The notes under the pieces were generated by a model, which saw only the letters and a program-made list of their open reading frames with translations, did not search any database and was not told the origin of the DNA. From positions 96,667-160,666 of the forward strand of contig NW_019218092.1 of assembly GCF_002571385.2 (NCBI RefSeq): DNA of 64,000 bases. The letters run 5' to 3'. Origin of the DNA: Stylophora pistillata (lineage: Eukaryota). This document shows positions 25,309 to 36,797 of this stretch, piece after piece. How positions within the stretch are numbered: position 1 is the stretch's first letter; each line of letters opens with the position of its first letter. A program made the translations under genes and the position numbers.

Positions 25309-26947
25309 GATTTTTTTCAGGTCTGATGTTCGCTATTGCATAAATAGCGCTATCTACTGCGAGGATCGTGCATCATACGAAAGTAAATTGAATAAGAGTA
25401 TTCGTTTTTTAAAACCTACTTTTCAGTTACTGATCAACTTAAAGAAAATTTTCTGGTTTGTAGATTGAGCTCGTAGGTACTATCATTACGTCTGCACGGA
25501 CTAGAATGAATTTTAACTTGTTCCGTCCTTAACCAAATAAACCATCTCATGGTAGATGAGTTGTGCATAAATCGTTTATTTTTCATTCATTGAGAAAAAG
25601 GTATGCTTTGCCGTGAGAGAAATGACCACTATCTTTTGAGTCACAAGTACCATATTCGTGGGAAGCTAAGCTGAACCTCACAGCTGAACCGGAATTTGAA
25701 AAGAAGTAAATCCGGTATATTGTTCTTCTTATTATCATTTTTTTTGTTTTTGTTTTCGTAGCTATCCGATCGATCCATATTTAGAGAGGAAGCCTATTCT
25801 TCTCTTAAACGACGCACGCTTTCTCAGATGAGCGACGTCCTTGTACTCAGAGTGAAACTTTCTTTTCCTTTTGTGCTGCGATTGTCTAAAGATTAAAACT
25901 TAATTATGATTTTAGTTCAGTTTGAAAATCAGGTAAAGTGTAAAACTTAAGGTTGACTTCGACAAAGGAAATAATTATCACATTTGAACTTTATTCATGT
26001 GCAAATTCTCTTTATTCAAAAAAAAATTTTAAAACACCTAACTAATGTTTTTCTTTAGGGATAATACAATCTACAGAATACATGCAAGGATCTGTAACAT
26101 CATTGAGATCTATTTCCTGTGAATCAAATAATTGGTGCCACGGAGAACACTTAAAACTTTCCCCACCTATTCTTTTTCAAAATATCAAGAGCTGGTCCAA
26201 CATCATCTGATTAAATACGAATGAGGCTTGTGGACAATAGTCTAGATAAGGAATTATCAGAGCTTTTGTTCACCTGATTGACATAAAAACATTTCAGTCA
26301 GTGGTTTGTTGTTGGGCTGCCCACTCGAGGTAATTCAATCCCCGACCCTTTGACCAATCGGACGTAACCGGCTGTTGAGGAGGAAATAGAAAAGTAAATT
26401 TAATATTTTTCTGCCACAAAGTTTGTTCAAAGTGAATCTTTCGCTTTTGATTTTAAAACGTCAAATGTTTACCAACGGATCACTGAGTCAATGGCAAGTT
26501 CTTTTTCTTATATTACCAATCGAGTTATCTATCATCCTTATCAGAAAATCGCAATCTGACTATTAAGAGCGGCACTGAAACCTCGGACTTTTTGTAGAGG
26601 GCCTAATTTCGTGAGCTTTTATAGTCGCTAAAAAGGATTGCCGACTCATTTTGGTAACCATTCTTCCATAAACAACAACACTAGTTGGCCTATAGCGTGT
26701 TAATGATCACGTTTGTAAAATTAAAGGGTACTGAAAAAAAAAACAAAAAAACACAAAAAAAAACAAAGAAAAAGTTGATTTTGCGAGACCAGGTAGTTAC
26801 AGCAGTAAAACTGTTTTACCGCCCTTAAACAGCTTCTAGACAATCTTCCAAAAGCAACGCAGCTGACAGGTGTGTTTCTTTTAGAGAAACTAGAAATATC
26901 TTTAAATAACAAAGACAACCTTCGTGATAGGTAGAATAGAAAGTGAC

Positions 26948-27952
26948 ATGCCGAATGCAACAAGCAACCATACGCGCGGATTCATTCGTATTCAACAACC
27001 GTACGTTTGGTATTGGGTTTTGAGAGGAATCATTGCATTGTTAAGCATCGCTGGGAATGGACTTGTCATCTACTTCGTTGTTTCTAAACGACGCCTGCGT
27101 GTAAGCAGCAACTGGTTCGTGCTATCCTTGGCAGTTGCTGATTTTTGTGTCGGTTTGTTTACAACGCCGAGTGAACTTATTTGCACATTCTGCTATCAAT
27201 GCGATTGGCGTTTCCAGTTCTCATTCTACAATTTTCTACTCTTTGCTTCCACGTTAAACTTGTGGGCAATGGCAATAGATAGATATATCGGGATTGTACA
27301 TTCTTTACGTTACACATCTCTCATGACAGGCGGACGGGTCTTCGCACTAATAAGCATGGCGTGGGGAATCTCTCTTATTGCGCCGTTTGCGCGTTTTATT
27401 TGGTGGTTTAGTGACTCCGTTGAACTGAAAAAGGTTGACAAATACTATCGAGTTGCACTCGATCTTTTTTTCGGTGTTTTTTCGTGTGTCGTACTGTTAT
27501 TCATTTACCTCCGTGTACTGTTCATTTCTCGCAGACTCGCGAGACAAACAGCCTCGCATATGAAAGACATCAATTTTAACCATGGTCAGGGTGAAGATCT
27601 TCACTTACATGGCGTCTCATCCAAGCGTCGTCGACGGCCCCGGAGAAATTCAACTTCAATTGCGGTTCTCGGATCAGTGATTTTCTTATTTGTTATTTGC
27701 TACAGTTTAAACATCTACATTTCTTTTTGTGCGAATTTTAAGCTTCGTTTAGTAAGTCCTTTAGTCAGTTTAACTTCTTTCTTACTGTTACACTGTAATT
27801 CGTGCGTTAATATGGTGGTATATGCATTCATGAAAAGTGATATTCGCAGAGAACTAAGACGCTTGTGTCGATGTGGAAGCTTAACGGATCTTCAGTCTCA
27901 ATCAAGGGAATTCTCTCTTAATCAAGCTGGAAATACGAGCGGTACATTGTGA
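26948..27952 (+). CDS. Intronless class A (rhodopsin-like) GPCR, aminergic/adenosine-receptor-like orphan
   Basis: First ATG at 26948 (MPNATSNHT, N-glycosylation sequons); seven hydrophobic segments; GN, SLAVAD, DRY, NSCVNMVVY; helix 8 followed by Cys. Confidence 0.93.
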   Translation: MPNATSNHTRGFIRIQQPYVWYWVLRGIIALLSIAGNGLVIYFVVSKRRLRVSSNWFVLSLAVADFCVGLFTTPSELICTFCYQCDWRFQFSFYNFLLFASTLNLWAMAIDRYIGIVHSLRYTSLMTGGRVFALISMAWGISLIAPFARFIWWFSDSVELKKVDKYYRVALDLFFGVFSCVVLLFIYLRVLFISRRLARQTASHMKDINFNHGQGEDLHLHGVSSKRRRRPRRNSTSIAVLGSVIFLFVICYSLNIYISFCANFKLRLVSPLVSLTSFLLLHCNSCVNMVVYAFMKSDIRRELRRLCRCGSLTDLQSQSREFSLNQAGNTSGTL

Positions 27953-30343
27953 CTTGTTAATTAACTATATGGTCACTTTTTCGTAATAGCTAAATTATGT
28001 TATGTTGGATCCGGAGTGATTAGGGTTCGTATGAGACAAAACATATTATGCTGTATGATCAAAAGAAGAATTAAAACGTAAAAAAGAAAAGTCAAACTCA
28101 TTCACATGTTTATTTTATCATGGCCGGACATATTATGTCACCTGAGTTATGTTAAGCGTCAGAAAATAGGCTGACAATAGAAGCTCTTGATTTGGGAAGT
28201 AAAATTTTGAACGTGAATAAGATAGTGATTAATTGAATAATCTGTCTCTGCGGCACTTAACCACGAGCAACTTCTTATTGCTTTTTTCGATTGAAAAAAA
28301 AGTCACTTCCGCTGAAAATATTATTGTTTTCTATGCGATTAGGAAATGACAAAAGTGAAATCCAATTCGGTTAAAACATCAGCAAGGTGAGATGAATATA
28401 AAGCCGGGTTATTTGGTGCTATTTAAGTCTGGGATCGATAACCTTTCGTTCATTCTAACTCATTCTACGGTCTAAGTAAATTAGGATTACTCGATTTAAT
28501 AAGTATGTTCGGTTTTCGTTTGCCGCCGGTCAGTTAAACGATCAATACGGGCCCTGTTGAGCACTGTGACTCATTCAGACCGCCGAGATCTACGTCACAC
28601 GGTGAAAACGTCACAGTGCTTGACATTTGTAACAAAGAGTAGCTTTAAAATACTACCACAGATAGCCCTTTCAAGATACTTGTTATTCAGAGCGCAAAGC
28701 AGATGAACTATTTCTAAAACCGAGGAAACGGCCCTAAATCAGCCCGAAAGACTCGCTCCATGTAAAGGAAGAACCACTCAAGCAAGGTAAATTTGTTTTT
28801 AATTTATTCAAAACTAGTTCAGACGTTTGGTTGAGATCCCCTTTTTATGCCCATACAGATCCTTATATTTCGTCCTTTGTGCCACGTAAACATATTTGCT
28901 TATCTTGCGAAGGCTCAAAGTGTGAGCTTGGGCTACCCGTGATGTTATCGGTGATTTTTTAAGATCAAAGCCACAAAATATATCTCTATACTGCCATCGC
29001 CGGATCAAAAAAGGAAACAGAGCCCGGCCGGAGTGAAAAAAGTTAGGAGATGACTACTCCTTTTGGCTTTTAAATCCGTAAGCTAGAAAATGATTTCTAA
29101 TGAATGGAGAAACTTTCACTTCGTCCGAACAAAACTGCATGCTCTCTAATCCAACTGCGTAGCAAAAGAGCTCACACATTTCAACGTACTTTAACGTCAT
29201 TTCTATATTATCCTTGTCCTGCAGTGTTATTTCGAGTTTTATTTTAAGTGCTATTTCCGAAATCTACTTCTATCGAGGCCCAAATATTTTGAACCGCTTC
29301 CTACGTGCAGTTTTTCCCATGCTAATACTGGTTTAAGTTTCGTCCTTGTAGTCCTTTGCCATATTGAATCTAATAGTGTACCATCACCTGGTAACCAGTA
29401 GATTTTCCTTCTAATTTTATTATTTTTTTTTTTGGTTACTAGATTGCTTCAATCCTTTGTCAAACTTACCCTGAGCTGGATCAGTTGACTGCTCCCATAA
29501 CTCTGTTAATAAAATAACATTATGCTTCAGTCAAAACAACGCTGATTGAAATCCCTCATTGTTTGCGCACTTTATAGTATTGGACATTCATTGGGAGTCA
29601 TTGAGAACCCAATATCTTGTTGTTAGAACAAATGAATATGCGTTTGTCAAGCCTTCTGAGCATCGACATCGCCAACGAATCAAAATTTTTAAAGGAGCTA
29701 TGGTAAAATCACTTCCGGAAACGAAAAAAAGGGCGGATGATGTTATATATAAAAAATGCCAATATTCAGATTTGACTGTGACCCCATCAGGGCTCTCTTA
29801 AAGCCAATACCTGATCTCCTGATCTTGAGAGATCTCAAATTACTACAGTAGAATTTATGCTATAATTACTATCGAACGCAGAATAGTATAATACTAGTTT
29901 TGTTCCTTTTAAGAGACGAGAAGGGAGTGATTTCCTGACATCTAATTATTAGATGGCTTTTAACATGCGGTAAAGAAGGCCCCACGCAAACTGGATGCGA
30001 TAAGAAAGTTACGTGATAGCATCTTTCCTGAAAGGGTTTTGTTTACATCGTTTATAGAATAAACGTACCTTGGTGATTTAATCAGACTGTCCAAAGTGCT
30101 ACATTGAAACCGTGAAACTTGAAAACGTGAAGAATAGAGAGCAGATTAAAGTTACCAATCGTCGAAAAAAAAAAACTGCATAGTGACATTAACGAAGAAA
30201 GTACGCTGTGAAGTAGTTTGAATCTCGTTTAAAGCGAAGACAAGAATTCTCAAACTGAACAACGTTAACTGAAACGGTAAGATTAGACACACCTGGAAGT
30301 TACGCTCATCTTAGAGATACAGGCGTAGATATCAAAGTTCTTT

Positions 30344-31309
30344 ATGGAAAACATTTCGCACTCAGGCAACGACTCAAATAATTCAATTTATGTTCTAATC
30401 GAGCCTCAAGAAACCTGGTATTGGACCATCAAGGCTATTATTGCTTTTTTTGCCATTGTGGGCAATGGCCTCGTCATCTATTTGATCGTTTCAAAACGTC
30501 GCTTGCGTGTCACGAAGAACTGGTTTGTGCTATCGTTGGCAATTGCGGACTTTTTTATCGGCTTGATTACGACTTCCACTGGAATCTTTTGTACGTTTGG
30601 GCATCAATGCGACTGGCGATTACAAATTGGAATTTACAACTTCCTGTTGTACGCCTCTACATCAAACTTGTGGGCGATGGCCATAGACAGATATATCGGG
30701 GTTGTATATCCATTGCGTTACATGTCACTCATGACATTCAAGCGAGCCTCTGTGATGATAGCCATATCTTGGCTTATCTCCTTTCTTGCCGCATTTGTGC
30801 GTTTGTTTTGGCTCTATGGTGAGATAGACAATACGATCGATAAATACTATCGCATGGTCATCGATCTTTTATTCGGTGTTTTCTCGTGCGTGATGTTGGT
30901 GACTGTATATGCTCGTATTTTGTACATCTGCCGAGAAAAACTTAGACAATCAAATACTCAACTGGATCAAGTTATTTTCAATCACTCCTCAAGTGTTCCA
31001 CAATGCCTTAAAAAGGCCAGAAAAAATTCATCTGCAAAAGTTCTAGGATCAGTAGTTTTCTTGTTTGTAACTTGTTACAGTCTTAGTATCTTTGTTTCAT
31101 TTTGTTCCAATTTTGGAGTATGCCATCTCAGTCCTCTTGTTAAAACTATAGCGTTGTTGTTGGTACATCTTAATTCTGCAGTGAATTTTGTTGTGTATGC
31201 GCTTATGAAGAAAGACATACGCCAAGAATTACAACGCTTTTGGAGACCGATGAGATGTGATAGTCCAGCTAGACATTTTACTGAATCTCGAGAAGACACC
31301 TTGGTCTAG
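30344..31309 (+). CDS. Intronless class A GPCR, tandem paralog of 26948-27952
   Basis: GNGLVI, NWFVLSLAIAD, NLWAMAIDRYIG and NSAVNFVVY; collinear with the upstream receptor. Confidence 0.95.
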   Translation: MENISHSGNDSNNSIYVLIEPQETWYWTIKAIIAFFAIVGNGLVIYLIVSKRRLRVTKNWFVLSLAIADFFIGLITTSTGIFCTFGHQCDWRLQIGIYNFLLYASTSNLWAMAIDRYIGVVYPLRYMSLMTFKRASVMIAISWLISFLAAFVRLFWLYGEIDNTIDKYYRMVIDLLFGVFSCVMLVTVYARILYICREKLRQSNTQLDQVIFNHSSSVPQCLKKARKNSSAKVLGSVVFLFVTCYSLSIFVSFCSNFGVCHLSPLVKTIALLLVHLNSAVNFVVYALMKKDIRQELQRFWRPMRCDSPARHFTESREDTLV

Positions 31310-33418
31310 AAAGAAGGACTGTTTTAGTTTATGACGCAAATCAGACTCAAAGTACATGAAAGCAAACCATTTAGCATAAAGGTAAATGATACAAAGACTG
31401 AGGGAAAAGATCACAAAAAAAAAAAAAAAAAAAAAATCGACAATAAGTCCGTGCTAAAAAGGAAGCAGTTTGCATGTTAAAGGGGTCTAAATCAGTTTGT
31501 TTTAGCGTGAATTTTAACCCAGAAAAACTTGCTGTCCGAATAAGTTAAAACATTGCCCTACCTTGCGAAAGTCCTAATATCGTTAATGAATTAAGTTAAG
31601 AAGATGAGCTAAATACTCACTTGCGTTAACTTTAAAGAGCGCAAGCTTGAATTTGTCATAAGTCGTCTATCAGTTTCAACGAGAGCGGTCAGTTATAATG
31701 CTTGGAAATGGTTTACATGACTACAATTTTTTCAATAAAAGATTGTTGCCCTGCCTATCGTATTATTTTTCCAGCCATTCCAGTTCATTTATAATCTGTG
31801 TATCCTAGCGCAAGCCGTTTCACATTTTTCAGGGAAGATGACATACAAACTTCATTCTCGATTTGATTTTCCTTTGCACTGTAAAAACGGAATTCGACTT
31901 CCATTTCCAAAATCGTTCATTTTCGGTCTTCCTAGTTTAAACACTTGTGTCTGTTATCTGTCTGCTCCGTCTGATTTCCATTTCCGTTTCCATTCAATGA
32001 CTCAGCCCGACTTTGGACACCTATGTCACCTGCTTATGTCCGTCTGGGGACGTTCGGCCGTACGGTCCGACAGGGTTGCTCTTCCTCCTGGGGCTGGGGG
32101 AAAATCGTGCGTGTGGGGATAATAGACTGGGAACAAACGAGGTGAATCCAACATGGCCGCGGCTAGTTTTGGTGAAATGGTAAAAATTAAACATTTTTAC
32201 TGTGGTATCACTTGAAAAGAACGTTCCTCAAGCTTCTCTTTGATTGGAAAGTTTGTGTTTTTTCGGTATGGTTATATTTGTATCTAGGAATGGAAACAAG
32301 ATTGGACCAAGACAAGGAATTACTCAGTCTGGCAAATTTTTTTGCGAAGATACCTGGAATAAAACAGCTAGGAGAGGTAAGGTGAAACTCAGATCTGCTT
32401 TGTTCTCACATTTCATTGATTTAAGTTAAATATCTCTTAGTTTGTTTGAGGGCATGTTGAAAGCCATCTAATAATTTCAGGTGTCAGGAAATCACTTCTT
32501 TAAAACTTATCTGCCAGAGGGCCTGTTCTTTACTGATTGTTGTTGTCATTTTGATGTTTTTTAAATTGAAAAACTCTCAATATTTTGGTAGCCGTATTTG
32601 TTCACAGACTCATATTATTCAAACTGCAAGAGATTTGACTTAACAAATAGAGAAGCCTTGACTGTGTTCTGCTCTGTTTTAAAGCAAAGAGGAAGCGGCT
32701 AAACGGTCGAAGGTTTCTCCCCACTTCGTGAGTGCTCTAGTGGCTTCCTAAGTCTATGTAATTTCGAAGGCTTGCTTCTCTGCGATGACTGAGGATCGAC
32801 ATGGTGAACTAGGTGAGATGGACCTCAGTATGATCGCTGTCACTCTGACATCATCATAATTTTTATGACTTTTGACAGTTATACCAGTTTGGTTATATTT
32901 TTCAGGATTCTTGTTTTGAACATGAAACTATACATACTCTACAAGTGTTAGCTGTGTTTGATTTGTATTACTGTGTGTAAGCTTACAATCCAACTGAGTG
33001 TGAAAACCTTTAAAACTTGGAAAGTCCATTTAATTTTCTCTTTGAGGATATCCTCTCTGCTCAGGTTATAATATCACCAGTTGTGGTGTTTGGCATGTTT
33101 ACAAACCCTTGTTTGGTTCTTCTGTTGCCACTTGCCGGCCTGCTTGTTCCCAAATTTCACTTTCAATTAATGAAAAATAGGTGATGGAGAAGTCCAGGCA
33201 ATGGTTGGACATTGTAGAAATTGGGGAATGGTGTGAGAGCTTTAGTTCAGCTCTGTGTTTTGTACTTTGATAGAGCATGTTCTTTGAACCAAAGACAGTG
33301 GGTATAATTATATCTATTGACAGAGGGTGTGTTGAATGAGTTCAGTTTTATTCAGCTTAGAGATGGTAGGATCTTTTGGTTGGGGTGCTTCAAGTGCCTT
33401 ACACTGTACATAGTTATA

Positions 33419-34290
33419 TACATACATAATTATATACAAACTTTATTGGAACTCCCTTCAACAGGGCTTTTCAGTCACAATAAACTAAACTTATTTACGA
33501 TAACAATTTAAACTAAACTAAAATTATTTCTTATAAAACATATTCTTAAAAAGAGTCTTCCTAAAACTACAGTATCAATTTCTTTCACATTCTTAATATT
33601 CTCAGCTAGCCCATTCCATTCCCGTGGACCCCGGTAATAAAACCCCCTTTGTCCCATTGACAGTCTACATCGGAGAACCACAAAACTATTACCTCTCCTT
33701 GTATTCCTACTGTGGACTGCTGAACATTTAACAAAATATTTAACTAAATAATCTGGAGCTAAATCATTTACACATTTAAATGCTAAAACCAAGTCATTAA
33801 AATAAATAAAACTTTCTCTGTAACATCTAACCATCTAAGAGATCCCCGACCCTGAGAGATATGGTCAAACTTCCTTAACCCTACTAATACTACTCTGGCT
33901 GCAAATTCTGCACCAACTGTAGTTTGTGTAGATTACATTTAGATGTGTTCCCCCACACTGAGGAACAATAAAACAATTTACTGAAAACAAAGCTATGTAT
34001 TATAAGCAATAAAAGTGTTTTCTTGTCTAAGAGATGTTTAATTCCTCTGATGTGTACTAACTGGTTCATGCAATTAGAGGCTGTCTTAGTGATATGTACT
34101 TCACAGGTAAGATATTGGTCAATATATACCCCTAGATCCTTGACAAACAGAACTGGTGCAATAGTTTTGCCTAACAAAGATAATGAAATAGGAAGTAACC
34201 TCTTAATAAGTTGTGCTTAGCCAAAAACCACTAATTGTGTCTTTTCAGGGTAATTTATAAGTAGAGCATTTGTTGTGCACCATGTAGTAA
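33419..34290 (-). mobile_element. Decayed L2/CR1-group LINE 3' fragment
   Basis: VKDLGVYID, FVFSKLFYCSSVWGN, KCVNDLAPDYL and GPREWN; microsatellite tail near 33419. Confidence 0.9.
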
Positions 34291-34460
34291 GGAATGGACG
34301 CAATTATATAATATATTATAATAGCATGGAATGGACACAATTATATAATATATTATAATAGTAAGGAATGGACACAATTATATAATATATTATATAATAG
34401 TAAGGAATGGACACAATTATATAGTATATTGTAGTTAGGAATGGACACAATTATATAATA
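34286..34460. repeat. Minisatellite, ~5 copies of a ~35-39 bp unit
   Basis: gtaaggaatggacacaattatataatatattataata recurring. Confidence 0.9.
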
Positions 34461-36797
34461 AATTGGCCTTTAGTAGTCATGAAGTCTTCCAGACAGTTAG
34501 TGTACCTTTTAGTTCTTGGTGTGAACAAACTTAAGGGAGTGAAAGTAAAGAAAATGCTGTCAATTTAATTTTTTCAAAGTTCACTGGAATTTGATTTGTG
34601 GCTATAAAACATAGATCATTTTGAGGGCTTTGAAAAGGAGACCTTGAGCATGGATTTCTATTGCCTAATTTTTCATTCATAATTTGGGCATTCAAACCTT
34701 CAATTTCAAAGTTGAATTTGGCCATCTATCATTGCTTAATGTGAGGGGTGGTTATACTTTTTGCACTAGAGATAATTAAGATAAACGTGTTGTAGATCAT
34801 GATAATTGAAATTAATGAGAACAAAAAGGATTTTTGTAAATTTTTTACTGAACCTGAGATTGATCACACATGGTCACAAACAGCTGCACTCAGGAGTCAT
34901 TTAGGCCAACAAGTTAAAAGGATTTATGTCTATATTTTGTTGTCAGGGCATTGAGAACTAATTGTTATTTTGGATGATCACAAATTAAGCAAGCCTTACT
35001 TTTGACAACTTAGAGAGGGTGGACTTTAAAAACAGGCGATATTGATTAAGAATAGAGCAAAACGTTAGGCCATATTGCAGCTTAAGATACAAGACTGCAC
35101 ATGCATAACCAAGTCTAACTTTGGCTAGGTACTTAAAACCACTAAAGTTGAAATCAGATTTTAACAAGTGAGACCTCTCAAATACTATGTTAATAAGTCT
35201 ATACCAAGTTTGCTAGCAAGTTAGTGGTTATACCATACATCACCCTATTGCTGAGTTAATCATAATTAGAATGAGAACAAACAATGGTTTGACAGACAAT
35301 TTTTCGCTTGCTCTGCGCTTTTTGAAAATGCTTGAAAAACAAATTCTAGTCACAAATCAAAACACCAATCGAAGTGTCAAACTGTTCCTTGTCCTTGAAG
35401 ATTTCATTCTCCTTTCCAAACAAACAGCAGACAGTTTGCTCTCTCTGGAAAGAGAACATTTATTTAACAGGCAGTCAATGTGAATATAACAGTCTTTCAA
35501 TCAATTATAGTAGACTCAATTACTGCAAATTTGGGGCATCATCAGCCAAAATTTAGGCATCCCACCTCCAGTTAGCCCAGTTCACCTCCCTCTCTTAGAT
35601 GTTTGCAGAAGAATAATGGGACCATATTAAGGAGGCATAGATATGTTTTAATTTTTTTATTTATGGCCGAAATGATAAAAATCAGTTAATTGTGCTGACA
35701 CTCTTTTCTAAACTTGTGTCGAGTTAGTATAAAGTGAATTTTGGAAAATATTGAAGAGCACTAGCTAAACTGCAAATAGTACTTAGGATCAACTCTGTAT
35801 ATCAATAAACAACTTGTAATGCTGTTTTTAGGAAAATGCTGTATTTTAGGAAACAAGTGGAAACATTTCAATGTTACTCCACAATATTCTAAGAACAAAG
35901 TCTAACACCCAGAGGCAATCCATCGTTTTTCCCATTGTTTTCTTATTGCTTTTTAGAGAATTGTATGCATAATAAAGTACGGAGTTATTTGGAAATCTTT
36001 CTAACAATCATTCATGTATATGCTCTTCACTGATTTTTGGGGGTTTGCACTTTGACATGGGTATCCAAGCAGTTCAAGGTTTGCAGTATACCTTTGTTAA
36101 GCTAAGAGTAGTGTTTAGAAGTTTGGTATCCGATGTACTTATCGCAAGTTCATTAGTTTGTCTCTTGTTCGGAGCAACTGGAATTCAGTTTTTACAAGAA
36201 CAAGTGGAAAACGCCCTTTCCTTAATGATAATACCACTTGTAGTTCTTAATGAATAAATTCCCCCTAATACCGCTGCAAGGCATTTTTACAAGTAGGGTC
36301 TTTTCACTCTTTCAGGGACACGGCAAGTGTGAGAAAGGTTAAACACTCATCGCTGGACCCTACCTTTATAAAACGAGTGTATTTCGATGAAGCCTCGATG
36401 GATTGAATCAAGCCCCTTGCAGTGGACATCTCTCAAACAAAGAAGTTTGAAATGTGCATGATGAGAGGCCTGTCTGAGTTTACAACACAACATCCAGAGA
36501 AAACAAGAACCACAAAGTGGAAAATGATGCAAGAAGTGTTAGGAATTTCTTGCACTACTGTCATTAAGAACTGCGCAGTCTAGAAGGTCTGCCTGCGTAG
36601 GAAGATTCGTCTTTTTATCTGGCAAGTTATTCTTGTTTTTTCTTCTGTTTTTTTGTTTTTAATGCAATTTATTTAGTTGCCGTTGGAAAATAGTGTCGAG
36701 GAAGACTTTCCGTGGGACATTCTACAGATGTTCCAACTGTATTTTCTTTGTGATTTACCCGGCGATCGTTTTACCAAGAAGAAATTATTAGATTTGA

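Larger units (their letters stand above)
24692..25379. mobile_element. tRNA-containing 250-bp tandem retroelement: one inverted unit plus ~1.6 direct units, 12-bp TSD
   Basis: Period is 24981 to 25231; inversion point near 24980; aaagtaaattga at 24680-24691 and 25380-25391. Confidence 0.85.

Noticed and set aside
26924-26947. ORF-track start of the first GPCR at GTG 26924
   Set aside because: In a eukaryote the in-frame ATG at 26948 is the likely start.
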